This document shows, piece after piece, positions 1 to 10,419 of a stretch of DNA of 64,000 nucleotides. The translations under genes were made by a program, and so were the position numbers. Source of the stretch: Candidatus Krumholzibacteriia bacterium (GTDB taxonomy: Bacteria > Krumholzibacteriota > Krumholzibacteriia > JAJRXK01); NCBI GenBank assembly GCA_041484665.1, contig JBGPIA010000001.1, positions 256,001 to 320,000 on the forward strand. Direction: 5' to 3'. A model generated the notes under the pieces. It searched no databases and was not told where the DNA came from. It worked only from the letters and a program-made list of their open reading frames with translations. Each line of letters begins with the position of its first letter. The first letter of the stretch is position 1.

Positions 1-3000
1 CATGCCGCCGCGGCCGCATAGTGGTCGAGGGCACGCCGGAAGTCGTTCAAGTGGGCGGCCGCCTCGCCGGCATAGAAGTGGAAGCGGGGCGCCTCGGGAT
101 CGGTGGGCCAGCGCGCGAGCAGGGTCTGGTAAAGCTCCAGGGCCTTCTCCCAGTGCGGACCTGCGGCCCCGTCGCGGGCCTGATGATGGTGATAGAGTGC
201 CACGGACTTGTACGATTCGAGGGCGTAGCGCCGCCCCGCCTGGCGCAGCGAGTCGGCCGCGTTGGCCGTGAACCATGGGCTGCCCTCCACGAAGCGAGGC
301 GCGGTCGCCAGGCGCGCGGCCCGGGCCTGCTCCGGCTTGTTCGAGCGCTCGTAGGTGTCGACCAGCCGCTGCGCCACGTCCAGCGCCTGCGCCTCGTTCG
401 GATAGCGCGCCAGCCACAGCTCATCGACTTTGGCCGCATCGCCGTAGAGGCTGAACTTGCGCAGCAGGGTGCCCATGCCCTGCAGGATGCGCGCTTCGTA
501 GGGGCGAGGACCGACGCCCTTGAAGTAGTCGGCAAACGGCTGTGCCCCGCCCGCGCGGCAGAGGGCGTGGATCAGGTAGTCCTGCGCCTCGGCCCGCAAG
601 TCGGTGCTGGTGCGCACCGCAGCGCCGGACTCGTAGAGGTCGAACAGGCGGCGGAACGCGTCGGCCGAATCGAGGAAGCGGTCCTGGTTGAAGTGGGCCC
701 ACCCCATCTTGTAGAGGGCGATCGCCGTGAGCTCGTTGTCCGTGCCCGCGGCGGCCCGCGCGTAGAGCGGCACGCACGCTTCGTAGTCCTTCTGGTCGAA
801 GCGGTTGTCACCCATGCGCAGCCAGGCCTCCTGGCAGAACTCCGACTGCGGATGGGTCGATACCAGCCGCTCGAGCACACCCTGGGCCTCTTCGCTGCCG
901 GCGTCGGAGAGGATCATGCCGATGTTGAACAGGACGGCGTCCTGATGGGGGAAGCCCGGGTCCTCGGCGAGGATCCGCCGGTACAGGCGCAACGCGGGCT
1001 CGTAGTCCACGAACGGTGCCATCGCGCGCGCGTCCAGGCTGCCCTGCGCCTGGGCGGCGCTGAGGAACTGCGCCATTTTGCCATTGAAGTCCTCTTTGGC
1101 GGACAGCATGAGCAGATCGGCCAGGCGGAAGCGCACCTCGCCGCGTGCGGGTGATCCTGGATAGCTCGTGAGGAATGCGTCCAGCTGGGCGATCGCCTCC
1201 TGCCGCGCGGCGGCGAGCTCGGCGCGCACGGTCGGATCGTCGTGGTCGCGCCCGCGGCCGACGGCGAGCTCGTGGGCGCTCACGCCGAGTCCGTAGTCGA
1301 TTCCCTCGCGTTCGCCGGCCAGCGCGTCGAGGGCGCGCTGCACCGCCGCACTGGCCACCGCGGTGCGCAGCTGCGCTGTCGCCGATCGCGCCGAGTCGGC
1401 CGCGGCCTGGCGAACGGCTAGCCCGGCCCGTAGCGCCCGCAACTCTGCGCTGTCGAAGCCCGCCGTGCGCGTCGAGTCGATCCCGGAGTGCAGCCGGTTC
1501 GCCCAGGCAATCCGGCGGCGCGCCTGCTCGGCGAGCCCGCGGGTTCCCAAGGTCACCCGTGGCTCCCAGACCTCGGCGTATGACCGCTGCACGATGCGCG
1601 GGGCGCGCACTGCAAACGTGTCGAGGAAGGCGGCCACCTGCAGCGAGAGCGCCTCCTCCCGCTGCAGGAGTGCCTCGGGGCTGGGCACGCCCTCCGGCAG
1701 CGGGTCCGGCCGCTGGCGGTTCGGCCCATCGACGTAGAAGTGGCGAAGGAAGAGCAGATGGTCCAGCTCCAGCTGCTGGTGCTGCACCAACGCCCGCGTG
1801 CGCACCGCGGCGCTGCGCAGGAACTCGCTCTTGACGCCGGCCAGCTGGCCAGCGATGCCGTCGACGACGGCCAACAGCGAATCCAGCCGCTGACTCGTGC
1901 TCACGAGGGCGCGGGTGGTGGAGCCCAGCGACTGCAGCCCGCGGTCGAGGTATGCGCGGCGGCGCGCCAGCCGGGCACGCTCCTCGTCCACCGCGCGACG
2001 GGCGCGCTCCAGCTCGGACGCCGCCTGCTCCTCGCGCCGTAGCGACTGCTGGACGGCGTCCCATTCCTGCGCGGTCGGCGCCGGCGCGTCGGGCATCCGC
2101 TGGTCGGTCGTCTGCCACAGCGACGCGCTGGCAGGCGCGCCGGCGAACGCGCTCTCCTCCAGCGGCGCGCGTAGGTCCAGCGACGCCTCGACCAGCGCCG
2201 CTGCTTCCCGGTCAAGCGGCGCCGTCTCCAGGACCAGCGCGCAGGACGCCATCGACTCCGTCGACCAGTGGTCCCACAGCAGCGGGGCGGCCGCGGGATC
2301 CAACAGGGACGTGAGCGTGTCATGCTGGGCGTCCCAGCCCTTCGCCAGGGCGCGATTGAGCTCGTGGGCGTCCTGCCAGTCCTCGGCCTCCAGCGCCAGC
2401 GCCGCCAGCTCCCGTTGGGCGTCGCGGCGGCGGCGCGGGCTTGGGTCGTCCTGGGCGATCGACGCCAGCAGCGCGCGGGCGTGCTGCGCCTCGCCGGAGG
2501 CGCCGGCCTCCAACAGGGTGAGGGCCAGCATCAGCCGCGCGTCGGCCGCGTAGCGGCTGGCCTTTGGAACGGCCTCTAGCTGCGCGATGGCGTCCTGGCC
2601 GCGGCGCAGCGCGAGCGAGGCGAGCCGCAGGTGGGCTGCGCCGACGAGATCCAGATCGAGAGGGGTCTTGGGCTCCGCCGCCACGAGCTCCTGGAGCGTG
2701 CGCTCCCAGTCCGCTCTGGCGTCCTGGGCGCGCGCCGGCGGCGGCGCCGGCGACACCGCAAGTGGCGCCGCTGCGGACACGGAGTCGGGCGCCGCGGCGC
2801 TCTGCGCGGGGAGCCCTTCGGCAAGCGCCTGCACGTAGAGCCGCAGCACGGGCGAGGCGGCGTCGGCAGCGCCGCGCTGCAGCGCTGCCTTGGCCTGCTC
2901 TGTCTCCCCCGCTCGAACGAGCAGGGCCGCGACCAGCACGTCGGCGGCGGGCAGACGCGCTGGCGCCGCGTTGGCGGCGGCAGCGAGCGTTGCGCTGTCG

Positions 3001-3479
3001 GCCGCTGCGGCGTCCGTCGTGGCCGTCAGGAACCGGTACCGCAGCCACAGATCCCAGGGCGAGCCGGTTGGGTGTGCCGCTTTAGCACGCGCAAGCGCCA
3101 GGAAGCGCTGCGGCTCCCCCAGCCGCAGGTAGGCTTCCGCGAGCAGGAACGCCGCGCGGTCCGCGCCGGCGAAGCCGGGCGTCGAGGGAGCGATCTGCTC
3201 CAGTTGCGCCGCAGCCTCGCGCAGGTCGCCCATGCTCCAGGCGTAGGCCGCTTGACGCAAGCGCAGCTCGGCGAGCGGCGCGCCGGCCAGCTCGAAGGCA
3301 GGCTGCGGCTGCGCCGCGCGCTGCTGCTGCGAGCCGGGTGCGCTTGCGTGATCCGCGCTCGGCGTGGTCTGCCCGCCCTTGACCGGGAGGGCCGGGTCTG
3401 ACGCCGCACGCGCCCGCGCCGGCGCGATGGACAGCGCCAGCACGGCCGGTGCGAGCAGTACCCCAAGGATGCGTTGCAT
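1..3479 (-). CDS. Large secreted tetratricopeptide-repeat protein (>1159 aa, runs off window start)
   Basis: Not in the ORF track because no stop falls inside the window. ATG at 3479 gives MQRILGVLLAPAVLALSIAPARA (signal peptide). The same frame gives TPR-like segments such as DAVLFNIGMIL, ALYKMGWAHFNQDRF and DLRAEAQDYL near the left end. Confidence 0.85.
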   Translation of the reverse strand, partial: MQRILGVLLAPAVLALSIAPARARAASDPALPVKGGQTTPSADHASAPGSQQQRAAQPQPAFELAGAPLAELRLRQAAYAWSMGDLREAAAQLEQIAPSTPGFAGADRAAFLLAEAYLRLGEPQRFLALARAKAAHPTGSPWDLWLRYRFLTATTDAAAADSATLAAAANAAPARLPAADVLVAALLVRAGETEQAKAALQRGAADAASPVLRLYVQALAEGLPAQSAAAPDSVSAAAPLAVSPAPPPARAQDARADWERTLQELVAAEPKTPLDLDLVGAAHLRLASLALRRGQDAIAQLEAVPKASRYAADARLMLALTLLEAGASGEAQHARALLASIAQDDPSPRRRRDAQRELAALALEAEDWQDAHELNRALAKGWDAQHDTLTSLLDPAAAPLLWDHWSTESMASCALVLETAPLDREAAALVEASLDLRAPLEESAFAGAPASASLWQTTDQRMPDAPAPTAQEWDAVQQSLRREEQAASELERARRAVDEERARLARRRAYLDRGLQSLGSTTRALVSTSQRLDSLLAVVDGIAGQLAGVKSEFLRSAAVRTRALVQHQQLELDHLLFLRHFYVDGPNRQRPDPLPEGVPSPEALLQREEALSLQVAAFLDTFAVRAPRIVQRSYAEVWEPRVTLGTRGLAEQARRRIAWANRLHSGIDSTRTAGFDSAELRALRAGLAVRQAAADSARSATAQLRTAVASAAVQRALDALAGEREGIDYGLGVSAHELAVGRGRDHDDPTVRAELAAARQEAIAQLDAFLTSYPGSPARGEVRFRLADLLMLSAKEDFNGKMAQFLSAAQAQGSLDARAMAPFVDYEPALRLYRRILAEDPGFPHQDAVLFNIGMILSDAGSEEAQGVLERLVSTHPQSEFCQEAWLRMGDNRFDQKDYEACVPLYARAAAGTDNELTAIALYKMGWAHFNQDRFLDSADAFRRLFDLYESGAAVRTSTDLRAEAQDYLIHALCRAGGAQPFADYFKGVGPRPYEARILQGMGTLLRKFSLYGDAAKVDELWLARYPNEAQALDVAQRLVDTYERSNKPEQARAARLATAPRFVEGSPWFTANAADSLRQAGRRYALESYKSVALYHHHQARDGAAGPHWEKALELYQTLLARWPTDPEAPRFHFYAGEAAAHLNDFRRALDHYAAAAA

Positions 3480-3531
3480 GGGTCTTCGCGGGGCGGCGCG
3501 CCGCAGTGGCTTCTCCACGGGCACGGCGGGG

Positions 3532-4476
3532 CTACTTCACCCAGAGGCTCGAACGGATGTCGGGGCTCGGCTGCGCCGGACTCGCCGCCGCGAGGTCGAG
3601 CTCCAGGAACGTGAGCCGGTCGCGGCTCGGTTCGAGGCTGAGGCTGTGCGCGGTACGGGCCGGCCAGCCCTCTCCAGACAGCGCCACCTCCAGCACGTGC
3701 TCCCGGGGCTCGATGAAGGCGTGGTAGATCTGAGCGATGCCACCCTTGCGCAGCGCGGCCCACTGGTCGGCGGACATGGGCACGCGTACGGTCTGCCCCT
3801 CCTCGGTGAGCAGCAGCTCGGCGGGCGTGGCGCCCGCCGGGCATCCCCGCACCAGCACGACCAGAGCCGTCTGCTGGCGGCCGACGAAGTCCGCTTCCAG
3901 CCGGGCGAGCCGAGCGCTCTCATCGGCCAGCAGCTTCTCCATGAGATCCAGCTGTGCCTCCAGGCCTCCCAGCTCGGTCACGCTCTGCAACACCTCCCGG
4001 CGCTGCAGGCTCTCCTGCTCGGCGCGCACGGTGTCGCGTGCGGCATTCAGCTGCTGCAGCATTTCGCGGTACATGGCAAAGCGTGGATCGAGCAAGCCAG
4101 CCTCCCCCTCGAGGTCGTCGCGGCGCACCAGCCGCAGCTGGTCCAGCTGCGCGCGGAGGAACTCGCGGTTCTCGCGCAGGAAGCGCAGCGTCACCAGCTT
4201 GGGCTTCTTGGCCTGCACCCGCTCCACCTCGAGCTGCTCGGGAGGGAGATCCTGCAGCTCCACGGGCTCTCCCAACACCGGCGTCGCCGGCAGGGGCGCG
4301 AGCGGCTGCGCGGGCGATGGCGCCTGCGCCGGCTTAGGCGGCTGCTCTGGGGCGGATGCCTGCGCCGCCGGCGGTGCCTGCGCCGTCGAGGGGTCCTGCG
4401 CCCGCGCCGGTGCTCCACTTTGCACCAGAACGGCGGCTGCCAGCAGGGCCAGCGGGCCCGCCACCGCACACGCCAT
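3532..4476 (-). CDS. Secreted coiled-coil hypothetical protein with C-terminal beta domain
   Basis: Within ORF 3532..4710. Likely start ATG 4476 just after the upstream stop. Signal peptide, Pro-rich linker, coiled coil, then ALRKGGIAQIYHAFIEPREHVLEV. Confidence 0.7.
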   Translation of the reverse strand: MACAVAGPLALLAAAVLVQSGAPARAQDPSTAQAPPAAQASAPEQPPKPAQAPSPAQPLAPLPATPVLGEPVELQDLPPEQLEVERVQAKKPKLVTLRFLRENREFLRAQLDQLRLVRRDDLEGEAGLLDPRFAMYREMLQQLNAARDTVRAEQESLQRREVLQSVTELGGLEAQLDLMEKLLADESARLARLEADFVGRQQTALVVLVRGCPAGATPAELLLTEEGQTVRVPMSADQWAALRKGGIAQIYHAFIEPREHVLEVALSGEGWPARTAHSLSLEPSRDRLTFLELDLAAASPAQPSPDIRSSLWVK

Positions 4477-4478
4477 GC

Positions 4479-5102
4479 TCAGCCTTGCCACGTGCGCACG
4501 ACCTTTCCAGTGCCGGCATCCACCACCACGAAGAGCGTCGGGGCTCCCTGCGACGTATAGACCAGGGCCCAGGTGGTGCGATCGGGGTCGTCGGGCCGGA
4601 AGGCACCGCGCAGCAGCAGCATGGTGGCGAGCTGGCCGCCGTGCTCCGCCCGGTACCGCGCACCCTCCTTCTCCTCCGCAGCGGCGAGCGCCTGCGCGCT
4701 GTCGACCCATCCGGCAGGTAGCGGCGGCGCTTGCAGGTCGAAGCCCAGATCGGCGGCCGCGGCGATGCGGCCGTCGCGCACCGAGTAGCCGCGCGCAGCG
4801 TTGCGCGTGCGTGAGAAGAACAGGTAGCCCCAGCGTGGCGCGGCGCCGCCTTCGCCCACGGGCTCATCGTTCTCCAGGTAGATCAGGCGCGCGTCGGCGG
4901 CCCAGTTCTGCGCCGCGTCGACTGCCAGCGCCAGCCCTTCGTGGGCAGTGAAGGGGACCGGATCGCGGGCGTGGCCAAAGGCCGGCGCCAGGGCCAAGGC
5001 CAGAGCGAACGCAGCGACGGCCGCGGCGCGCGGGCGCACGCGGTGGTGCGGCGCCCGTGCAGGCCAAGGCTTTGGCGCGCGCGGGAGTCGGCGAGCGGGC
5101 AT
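4479..5102 (-). CDS. Secreted hypothetical protein
   Basis: GAGGAGGAG SD before ATG 5102. Signal peptide ending in AFG/HA. C-terminal W.LVY...FVVVDAGTGKVV resembles a PepSY-like motif. Confidence 0.75.
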   Translation of the reverse strand: MPARRLPRAPKPWPARAPHHRVRPRAAAVAAFALALALAPAFGHARDPVPFTAHEGLALAVDAAQNWAADARLIYLENDEPVGEGGAAPRWGYLFFSRTRNAARGYSVRDGRIAAAADLGFDLQAPPLPAGWVDSAQALAAAEEKEGARYRAEHGGQLATMLLLRGAFRPDDPDRTTWALVYTSQGAPTLFVVVDAGTGKVVRTWQG

Positions 5103-5113
5103 GGCGCTCCTCC

Positions 5114-6142
5114 TCAGAACAGCAGCGTGGTGCCGATGCTGAATTCGATGTTGTTGTCGGTGCGGCGCGAGCTCTCGCTGCCCATGGAGAACCGGTAGTT
5201 GCGCACTTCCCAACGCACGGCCACCGTCTTGGACACGTACATGGAGACGCCCGCGCCATAATTCGCCGACGCTTCGCTCTTGCCCTGCGCGATGGTCGAT
5301 CCGACGCCGCCGGTCAGGAAGGGCACCATCTGGCGTCCGGGCAGCAAGTGGAGATTGCCGTTGAGCTCGTAGTAGAGCATGTGGAACTCCTCGGCCTCGA
5401 GCGTGAGGCCGAAGAGCGTCTCCACGATCTCCGCGGGGCGGTGGATGTGGGTCCAGGAGATGCCACCCTCCACCTCGAGGAACTCCAGCACGTAGTAGCC
5501 CAAGCGTCCGCCCAGGGCCAGCGAATTGGACTTGCGGTCGAAGGCGTAGCCGCCAGCGTACCCCGTCAGCGCGAAACTCCCGATGCGGGAGAAGAGCCGG
5601 GGGTTGGGCCGGAACTCCAGGTCCGACATGTCGTCGAACTCGTGGCACAGGGACGCATGCACCCAGCCCGTTTGCACGTCGGACAGGCGCACGTTGTACC
5701 AGTCGGCCTTCTTGGCGATCACCGTGAACTCGGCGCCCTTGGGGTAGACCCCGACGATGGCGAACGTGTTCCCTGGACCGCTGCGCACGACGTTGTCGTC
5801 GCCACGGTCGAGACGGACCCTCTTCTCTTTGAGGACGTGGGCGCCATTGAGATTGTCCACCGCGGGCGGCGCAAGCGTGCCCGCCGCCATCGGTACGGGT
5901 GGCGGCAGCGCGGAGGGCGCGGCAGCGTCGGCGGCGACGGGCGCCGCCACGGCGGCTGCGCCGGCCGCTTCGGGCGCGGTTGACGTGGCAGGGTCGATGG
6001 CGGCGGCGGCTGGCGGCGGCGGAGCGTGGCGATCCGCCGGCTCCTGTGCCTGCGCCGCAGCGGGGCCCGGCAACAGAGCGCTCCAGAGTAGCGCTGCCGC
6101 CAACGCGGGCGGCGTCCTGCACAGTGTGCGTGCTTGCATCAT
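5114..6142 (-). CDS. SH3b domain + outer-membrane beta-barrel protein
   Basis: Signal peptide; NVVRSGPG...WYNVRL..QTGWV is an SH3b signature; amphipathic beta strands end in a terminal Phe (IGTTLLF). Confidence 0.85.
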   Translation of the reverse strand: MMQARTLCRTPPALAAALLWSALLPGPAAAQAQEPADRHAPPPPAAAAIDPATSTAPEAAGAAAVAAPVAADAAAPSALPPPVPMAAGTLAPPAVDNLNGAHVLKEKRVRLDRGDDNVVRSGPGNTFAIVGVYPKGAEFTVIAKKADWYNVRLSDVQTGWVHASLCHEFDDMSDLEFRPNPRLFSRIGSFALTGYAGGYAFDRKSNSLALGGRLGYYVLEFLEVEGGISWTHIHRPAEIVETLFGLTLEAEEFHMLYYELNGNLHLLPGRQMVPFLTGGVGSTIAQGKSEASANYGAGVSMYVSKTVAVRWEVRNYRFSMGSESSRRTDNNIEFSIGTTLLF

Positions 6143-6164
6143 CGGATCTCTCCCGTTGAGCCCA

Positions 6165-6872
6165 TCAAAGGCCGGCGGCCGTCCAGGACAGCAGCAAGTG
6201 CGCTCCCCAGCTTCCGAAGGTCTCTCTCTGCTCGGTGATGGCGGCCCCGGCGCGGTGTGCCGTGTCCAGGGCGAAGTACGTTCGCTCGAGGTGCAAGCCC
6301 AGGGCCAGACGCGATGTCACGGCCCGGCGCAGCAGCAGCCCCGCACCGGCCGTCCAGGTGTCGACCGGCGCGTAGTCGACAACGATCTCCGGGCCGCCGC
6401 CCAGCGGAACGTACGACGCGCGGTCGGGGTCGTAACCCAGATGGAGCAGCCCGCCGCTGGCCAAGGCGCAGACGTCGACCGAGAGCAGCGAGAGCGCCCG
6501 CGCACCCGCCACCAGCTCGAACGCAGTCAGGTGCGCCTTCACAGCGCGCGTCTCGCCCGGGATCCCGCTGGCCTGCGTCGTCTGCATACGGCTGGCACGC
6601 ACGCCCGCCAGCAGGCGCCCGCGCTCGACGAAGACCTGCGCCCCCAGGCGGGCGGTGGTGGCGGTATCCCAGCGGTAGTCGGACAGGTGCGGGTCGAGCT
6701 GGGCCGCGCCCACCAGCGCGGAGACGGACACCCGCAGCGCCGACGCGTCACCGGCGGCGGCTACGGCGGGCAGCGCGACCAAGAGCGCCATGGCGTACGT
6801 CGCCGCCCGCGCCCACCGGCGCAACGCGGACGCGTCGTGTCCGCGCAAACCCAGTGCTGATCCTCGTGCCAC
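6165..6872 (-). CDS. Outer-membrane beta-barrel-like protein
   Basis: GTG 6872 with GGAGG SD; signal peptide; alternating beta strands with an aromatic near the C-terminus (HLLLSW). Confidence 0.65.
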   Translation of the reverse strand: MARGSALGLRGHDASALRRWARAATYAMALLVALPAVAAAGDASALRVSVSALVGAAQLDPHLSDYRWDTATTARLGAQVFVERGRLLAGVRASRMQTTQASGIPGETRAVKAHLTAFELVAGARALSLLSVDVCALASGGLLHLGYDPDRASYVPLGGGPEIVVDYAPVDTWTAGAGLLLRRAVTSRLALGLHLERTYFALDTAHRAGAAITEQRETFGSWGAHLLLSWTAAGL

Positions 6873-6894
6873 GGCCTCCCCCCCGCTGGATGCG

Positions 6895-7503
6895 CTACTG
6901 CGCGGCCGGTAGGATCTCCACGCCTGTCGAGAGCACGTCCAGATCGGTGGACAAGACCGGATCGAGCAGCAGCGTATCGCGTCCGGAGGGCAGCTCGACC
7001 TTGTCGCCGTGGGCCAGGTAGAGCAGCAGGAAGAACGTCCCATTGCTGCCCACCGGTCCATACCCCGGCAGCGCCCGGCCTCGCGGGTCGAACGCGGTGA
7101 AGGAAAGATCGGCTTGCTGCATGAGGTGGTCGAACCCGACCACGGCCTTGGCGTTACGCCCCGCGGTCACCGAGCTCTGCAGGACCCGGTCGACGGCGCG
7201 TGCCACGTCGAGGTGCTTGTCCTTGGTGTGTGGATCCAGGAAGACGTCGCCCACGGCGAGCGAATCGCTGTAGCGCAGCTCGGCGACCAGGAATCCGGAG
7301 AAGATCTCGCGGTAGGTCGCCTTGGCCTGCACCGTGAACTGCGGCGCGCCGCCGGCGGCGAAGGGATCGCCCATGGTCGGCGCGGCCGCCTGCAGCTCGA
7401 GCAGCGTCCAACGCTTCTCGACAGGCGGCTCGCCCAGGCAGCCGGCGTAGGTGAAGGCGGCGCCGAGGATGATCACCAGGGTTCGCACGGATGAAGCACG
7501 CAT
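6895..7503 (-). CDS. Hypothetical lipoprotein
   Basis: GAGGA SD, ATG 7503; lipobox-like YAGC after a hydrophobic stretch. Confidence 0.7.
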   Translation of the reverse strand: MRASSVRTLVIILGAAFTYAGCLGEPPVEKRWTLLELQAAAPTMGDPFAAGGAPQFTVQAKATYREIFSGFLVAELRYSDSLAVGDVFLDPHTKDKHLDVARAVDRVLQSSVTAGRNAKAVVGFDHLMQQADLSFTAFDPRGRALPGYGPVGSNGTFFLLLYLAHGDKVELPSGRDTLLLDPVLSTDLDVLSTGVEILPAAQ

Positions 7504-7597
7504 GGGCAATTCCTCTTGGAGCCAGCCGGTACGCGCCGGGCCCCGGATCCGCGTCAAGCGGCTTCCGGGGCCCAGGGAGCTGCCGGTGCGCGGGCCC

Positions 7598-9244
7598 CTA
7601 CTTGACGAGCACCATCTTGTCGGTGAGCTCCTCGTTGCCCACGCTCAGCCGGTAGTGGTAGACGCCCGAGGACACACTGCGGCCGCCGCTGTCGCGACCG
7701 TCCCAGACGACGTCGTGCGGCCCGGGAGCGGCGTCACCAGCAGCCAGCGTTGTCACCAGACGCCCCCGGTTGTCGTAGATGCGGAGGCTGAAGGAGCGAG
7801 CCGGACCGGCGGGGACGACGAACGCAATCGTCGTCGACGGGTTGAACGGATTGGGGTGGTTACCCAGCAGCGCCAGGCGCGTAGGGAGCGCGTCGCCGCC
7901 GCCGGCCAGAGTGAACCGCACCTCGGACTGGTCGCGCAGCGCGCCGCTATAGTGCGAGGTGGCCGCGACCCGCAGAGTGACCTCGCCGCCTCGGGCACCG
8001 CCCAGGGCCCGTGCAAGGTCCAGGCGCACGGCCTGCGGGCCCGACGCCAGCGCAGGCACGTCCTGGCGGCCCAGCGTGCGTCCGCTGGCGGGGTCGATGG
8101 CCTCGATCGTGACGTCGGCGTGGTCGGTGAGCGTGAAGCGAACCGTCACGCCGTCGTCGTAGACCACGTGGAGATCCTGCAGCGCGACACCCAGATCCAT
8201 CAGGCGCAGCCCGCTCTGATCGCTCCACTCCTCCACCAGCACGCCGTATCCCTGACCGGCGCGGACGACGCTGCCGTCGCGGTGGTCATGGATGTTGACG
8301 AACGGAATGTGGAAGCTGCGCGGGCGCATGATGCCGGCGCCGAGCTCGGCCACCGGGTAGAGCTGTGGCGTGAGCTTCTGGACCACGCCGGCGTTGGGGG
8401 CTGCAGCGTAGAGGTTCCCGTAGTGGTCGCTCTCCAGCGAGGTGACGATGCCGATATCGTGCGGCAGGGAGCCGACCCATTCCAGGGCGCTGCCCGTGTC
8501 GCGCAGATGGACGATGCGTCCGTTGTGGGCGTCGGCGACGTAGACGTCGGAGGTGCAGCGCCCATCCTGCCGGCCGACGGTGATCGCCATCGGCCCGGCG
8601 AAGAAGCCCGTGCCGCTACCCAGGTCGCCGATCTGCGAAACCAGCTCGGCGCGATCGTCGGCCAGGCGGTAGCCCAGCACGCGATTGCGCCCAGAGTCGG
8701 CCACGTAGAGGCGGTCGTCACCGGGATCCAGCGGCGTCCCGTTGTCGGAGACCGCCACGTCGAACGGGGAGCTGAGCCCGGCGATGGCGAAGCGCGGCGA
8801 TAGCGTCAGCTGGTCATACTCGCCCGCGGTGGTGAAGACCAGCACGCGGTCATTGCCCGAATCCGCCACGAACAGGCGGCCGTCCGCGTCCACAGCCATG
8901 CCGTGGGGCGCGCGGAGCTCTCCGAATGCGGACCCCTTGCCGTCGAATCCCTGGAGGTCCTTGCCGACCTCACCGTAGAGCAGGCGGCCCCACGACGGAT
9001 CCGACACGACCTGGAAGTAGCGTGCCTCCAGGTAGGGGAAGCGGTCGTACACGTCAACGTTGCCGATCACGACCGTACGGTATGGATCGCCGAACAAACG
9101 GCGTCCGACCAGCTCCTGCGCGACCGCTCGCGTGACGATTTGCACGCCCGCCTGGGGGAGGATCGGGGTCGGCACGAACGTCTCGGCCAGCGCCGGGCCG
9201 CTCCCGAGCAGGAGGATGAAGGTGAACAGGCTTGTCCGGGTCAT
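7598..9244 (-). CDS. NHL-repeat (beta-propeller) protein with C-terminal FlgD-Ig / T9SS-CTD-like domain
   Basis: NHL repeats (PHGMAVD..GRLFVADSGNDRV; LYVADSGRNRV); tail NHPNPFNPSTTI...VWDGRD..G.SV.SGVY.YRL...KMVLVK. Confidence 0.85.
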   Translation of the reverse strand: MTRTSLFTFILLLGSGPALAETFVPTPILPQAGVQIVTRAVAQELVGRRLFGDPYRTVVIGNVDVYDRFPYLEARYFQVVSDPSWGRLLYGEVGKDLQGFDGKGSAFGELRAPHGMAVDADGRLFVADSGNDRVLVFTTAGEYDQLTLSPRFAIAGLSSPFDVAVSDNGTPLDPGDDRLYVADSGRNRVLGYRLADDRAELVSQIGDLGSGTGFFAGPMAITVGRQDGRCTSDVYVADAHNGRIVHLRDTGSALEWVGSLPHDIGIVTSLESDHYGNLYAAAPNAGVVQKLTPQLYPVAELGAGIMRPRSFHIPFVNIHDHRDGSVVRAGQGYGVLVEEWSDQSGLRLMDLGVALQDLHVVYDDGVTVRFTLTDHADVTIEAIDPASGRTLGRQDVPALASGPQAVRLDLARALGGARGGEVTLRVAATSHYSGALRDQSEVRFTLAGGGDALPTRLALLGNHPNPFNPSTTIAFVVPAGPARSFSLRIYDNRGRLVTTLAAGDAAPGPHDVVWDGRDSGGRSVSSGVYHYRLSVGNEELTDKMVLVK

Positions 9245-9270
9245 GGCAGGGCTCCTTTGGTGCTCCCGGG

Positions 9271-10419
9271 TCAGAACGCCAGGGAGAGTCCGCTCTCGAA
9301 GATGTTTGCCGAGAAGTTGTTGGTGTTGAAGTACCGCTCGTAGTTCAGGCTCAGCCTGACCCCCCTCAGGAAGTCCAATCGTCCACCCATGCCCCCCAGG
9401 TCCCAGTCCAGCCGCCCGCCGAACAGGTGCGCGTTGAAGGCCCCCAACCGGTAGTCGCCAGTGCGCAGACCATCCACGCCGCCGGGGTCGGTATACTCCG
9501 TCCGGTAGAACGCCGCCGCCCCTTGCGTGTAGTAGCGGTAGCGGTAGCGCACGACCAGGTCGTGGGTGATGTACTGGCTCAGGCGGGCGCCGACGGTATG
9601 CGAGCTCACGCCCCAGTCGTCGGTGTAGTACGTGTACGCCAGCTTGAGGCTCGACTGGTTCTTCAGGTACTGGTTGAGCTTGACGTAATAGTCATTGCGC
9701 CGGCGGTGGGTGGGGTGCACCTCGGGCAGATCGCTGCCGGCCACGTAGACGTTCCGATAGGGGTTGTGCTGAAGCCCGTCCACCAGGTTCAGCTCGGCGC
9801 CCGCCTGCATCACCGTCGAGGCGGTCAGTACCTGGCTGGCCACCAGGCTCCAGTGCCAGTTGTCCTTTTGATCGGGCACGGTATGCGTGTCGGCGTCCTC
9901 GGCCGGATCGATCTTGTCCCAGCCATAGCTCGTCCCCGCCGACAGATTGAGGTTCTGCCCGAAGAAGTCGTGATCCACCTCGGCGCGCAGTTGCTGGGCG
10001 AAGTAGTCGGCCTCCGACGAGACGTAATAGCCGCCCTTCAGGCGCCGCCACGTCATATCTCCCTGCAGCTCGTTGCGTGTCTTGGTGAAATCGGAGTACG
10101 CATCAGCCCCGCTACGGATCGGGCGGCTGGCCGTGGTGATGGCGTCGACGGCCTCCTGGCTGCCCGCCGGGGCCTTGATGCCCGGTACCATCACGACCTG
10201 GTGGGTCCACTGCAGGTCGAGCTTCGGCCCCCGCTCGAGCTCCAGCAGGTAGTCTGTGTAGCTGGAGTACACGTGCACATCGTCGGAGTCGGCGAAGTAG
10301 TTGAACGAGTACGTCGCGGTCTGGTCGGTGACCCCCGCTCCGGCAGCCGGCGCCAGCATCAGGCACGCCGCCGCCGTGGCCATCCATGGCCGCGTAGACT
10401 TGTCTGCGCTCAATTGCAC
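9271..10419 (-). CDS. DUF3570 family outer-membrane beta-barrel protein
   Basis: VDAITTAS, SSEADY, NPYRNV, PEVHP..R.R, YYTDDWGVSSHT, RYRYYTQ motifs; terminal Phe; start overlaps the DUF4266 stop (GTG 10419 or 10425). Confidence 0.85.
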   Translation of the reverse strand: MQLSADKSTRPWMATAAACLMLAPAAGAGVTDQTATYSFNYFADSDDVHVYSSYTDYLLELERGPKLDLQWTHQVVMVPGIKAPAGSQEAVDAITTASRPIRSGADAYSDFTKTRNELQGDMTWRRLKGGYYVSSEADYFAQQLRAEVDHDFFGQNLNLSAGTSYGWDKIDPAEDADTHTVPDQKDNWHWSLVASQVLTASTVMQAGAELNLVDGLQHNPYRNVYVAGSDLPEVHPTHRRRNDYYVKLNQYLKNQSSLKLAYTYYTDDWGVSSHTVGARLSQYITHDLVVRYRYRYYTQGAAAFYRTEYTDPGGVDGLRTGDYRLGAFNAHLFGGRLDWDLGGMGGRLDFLRGVRLSLNYERYFNTNNFSANIFESGLSLAF

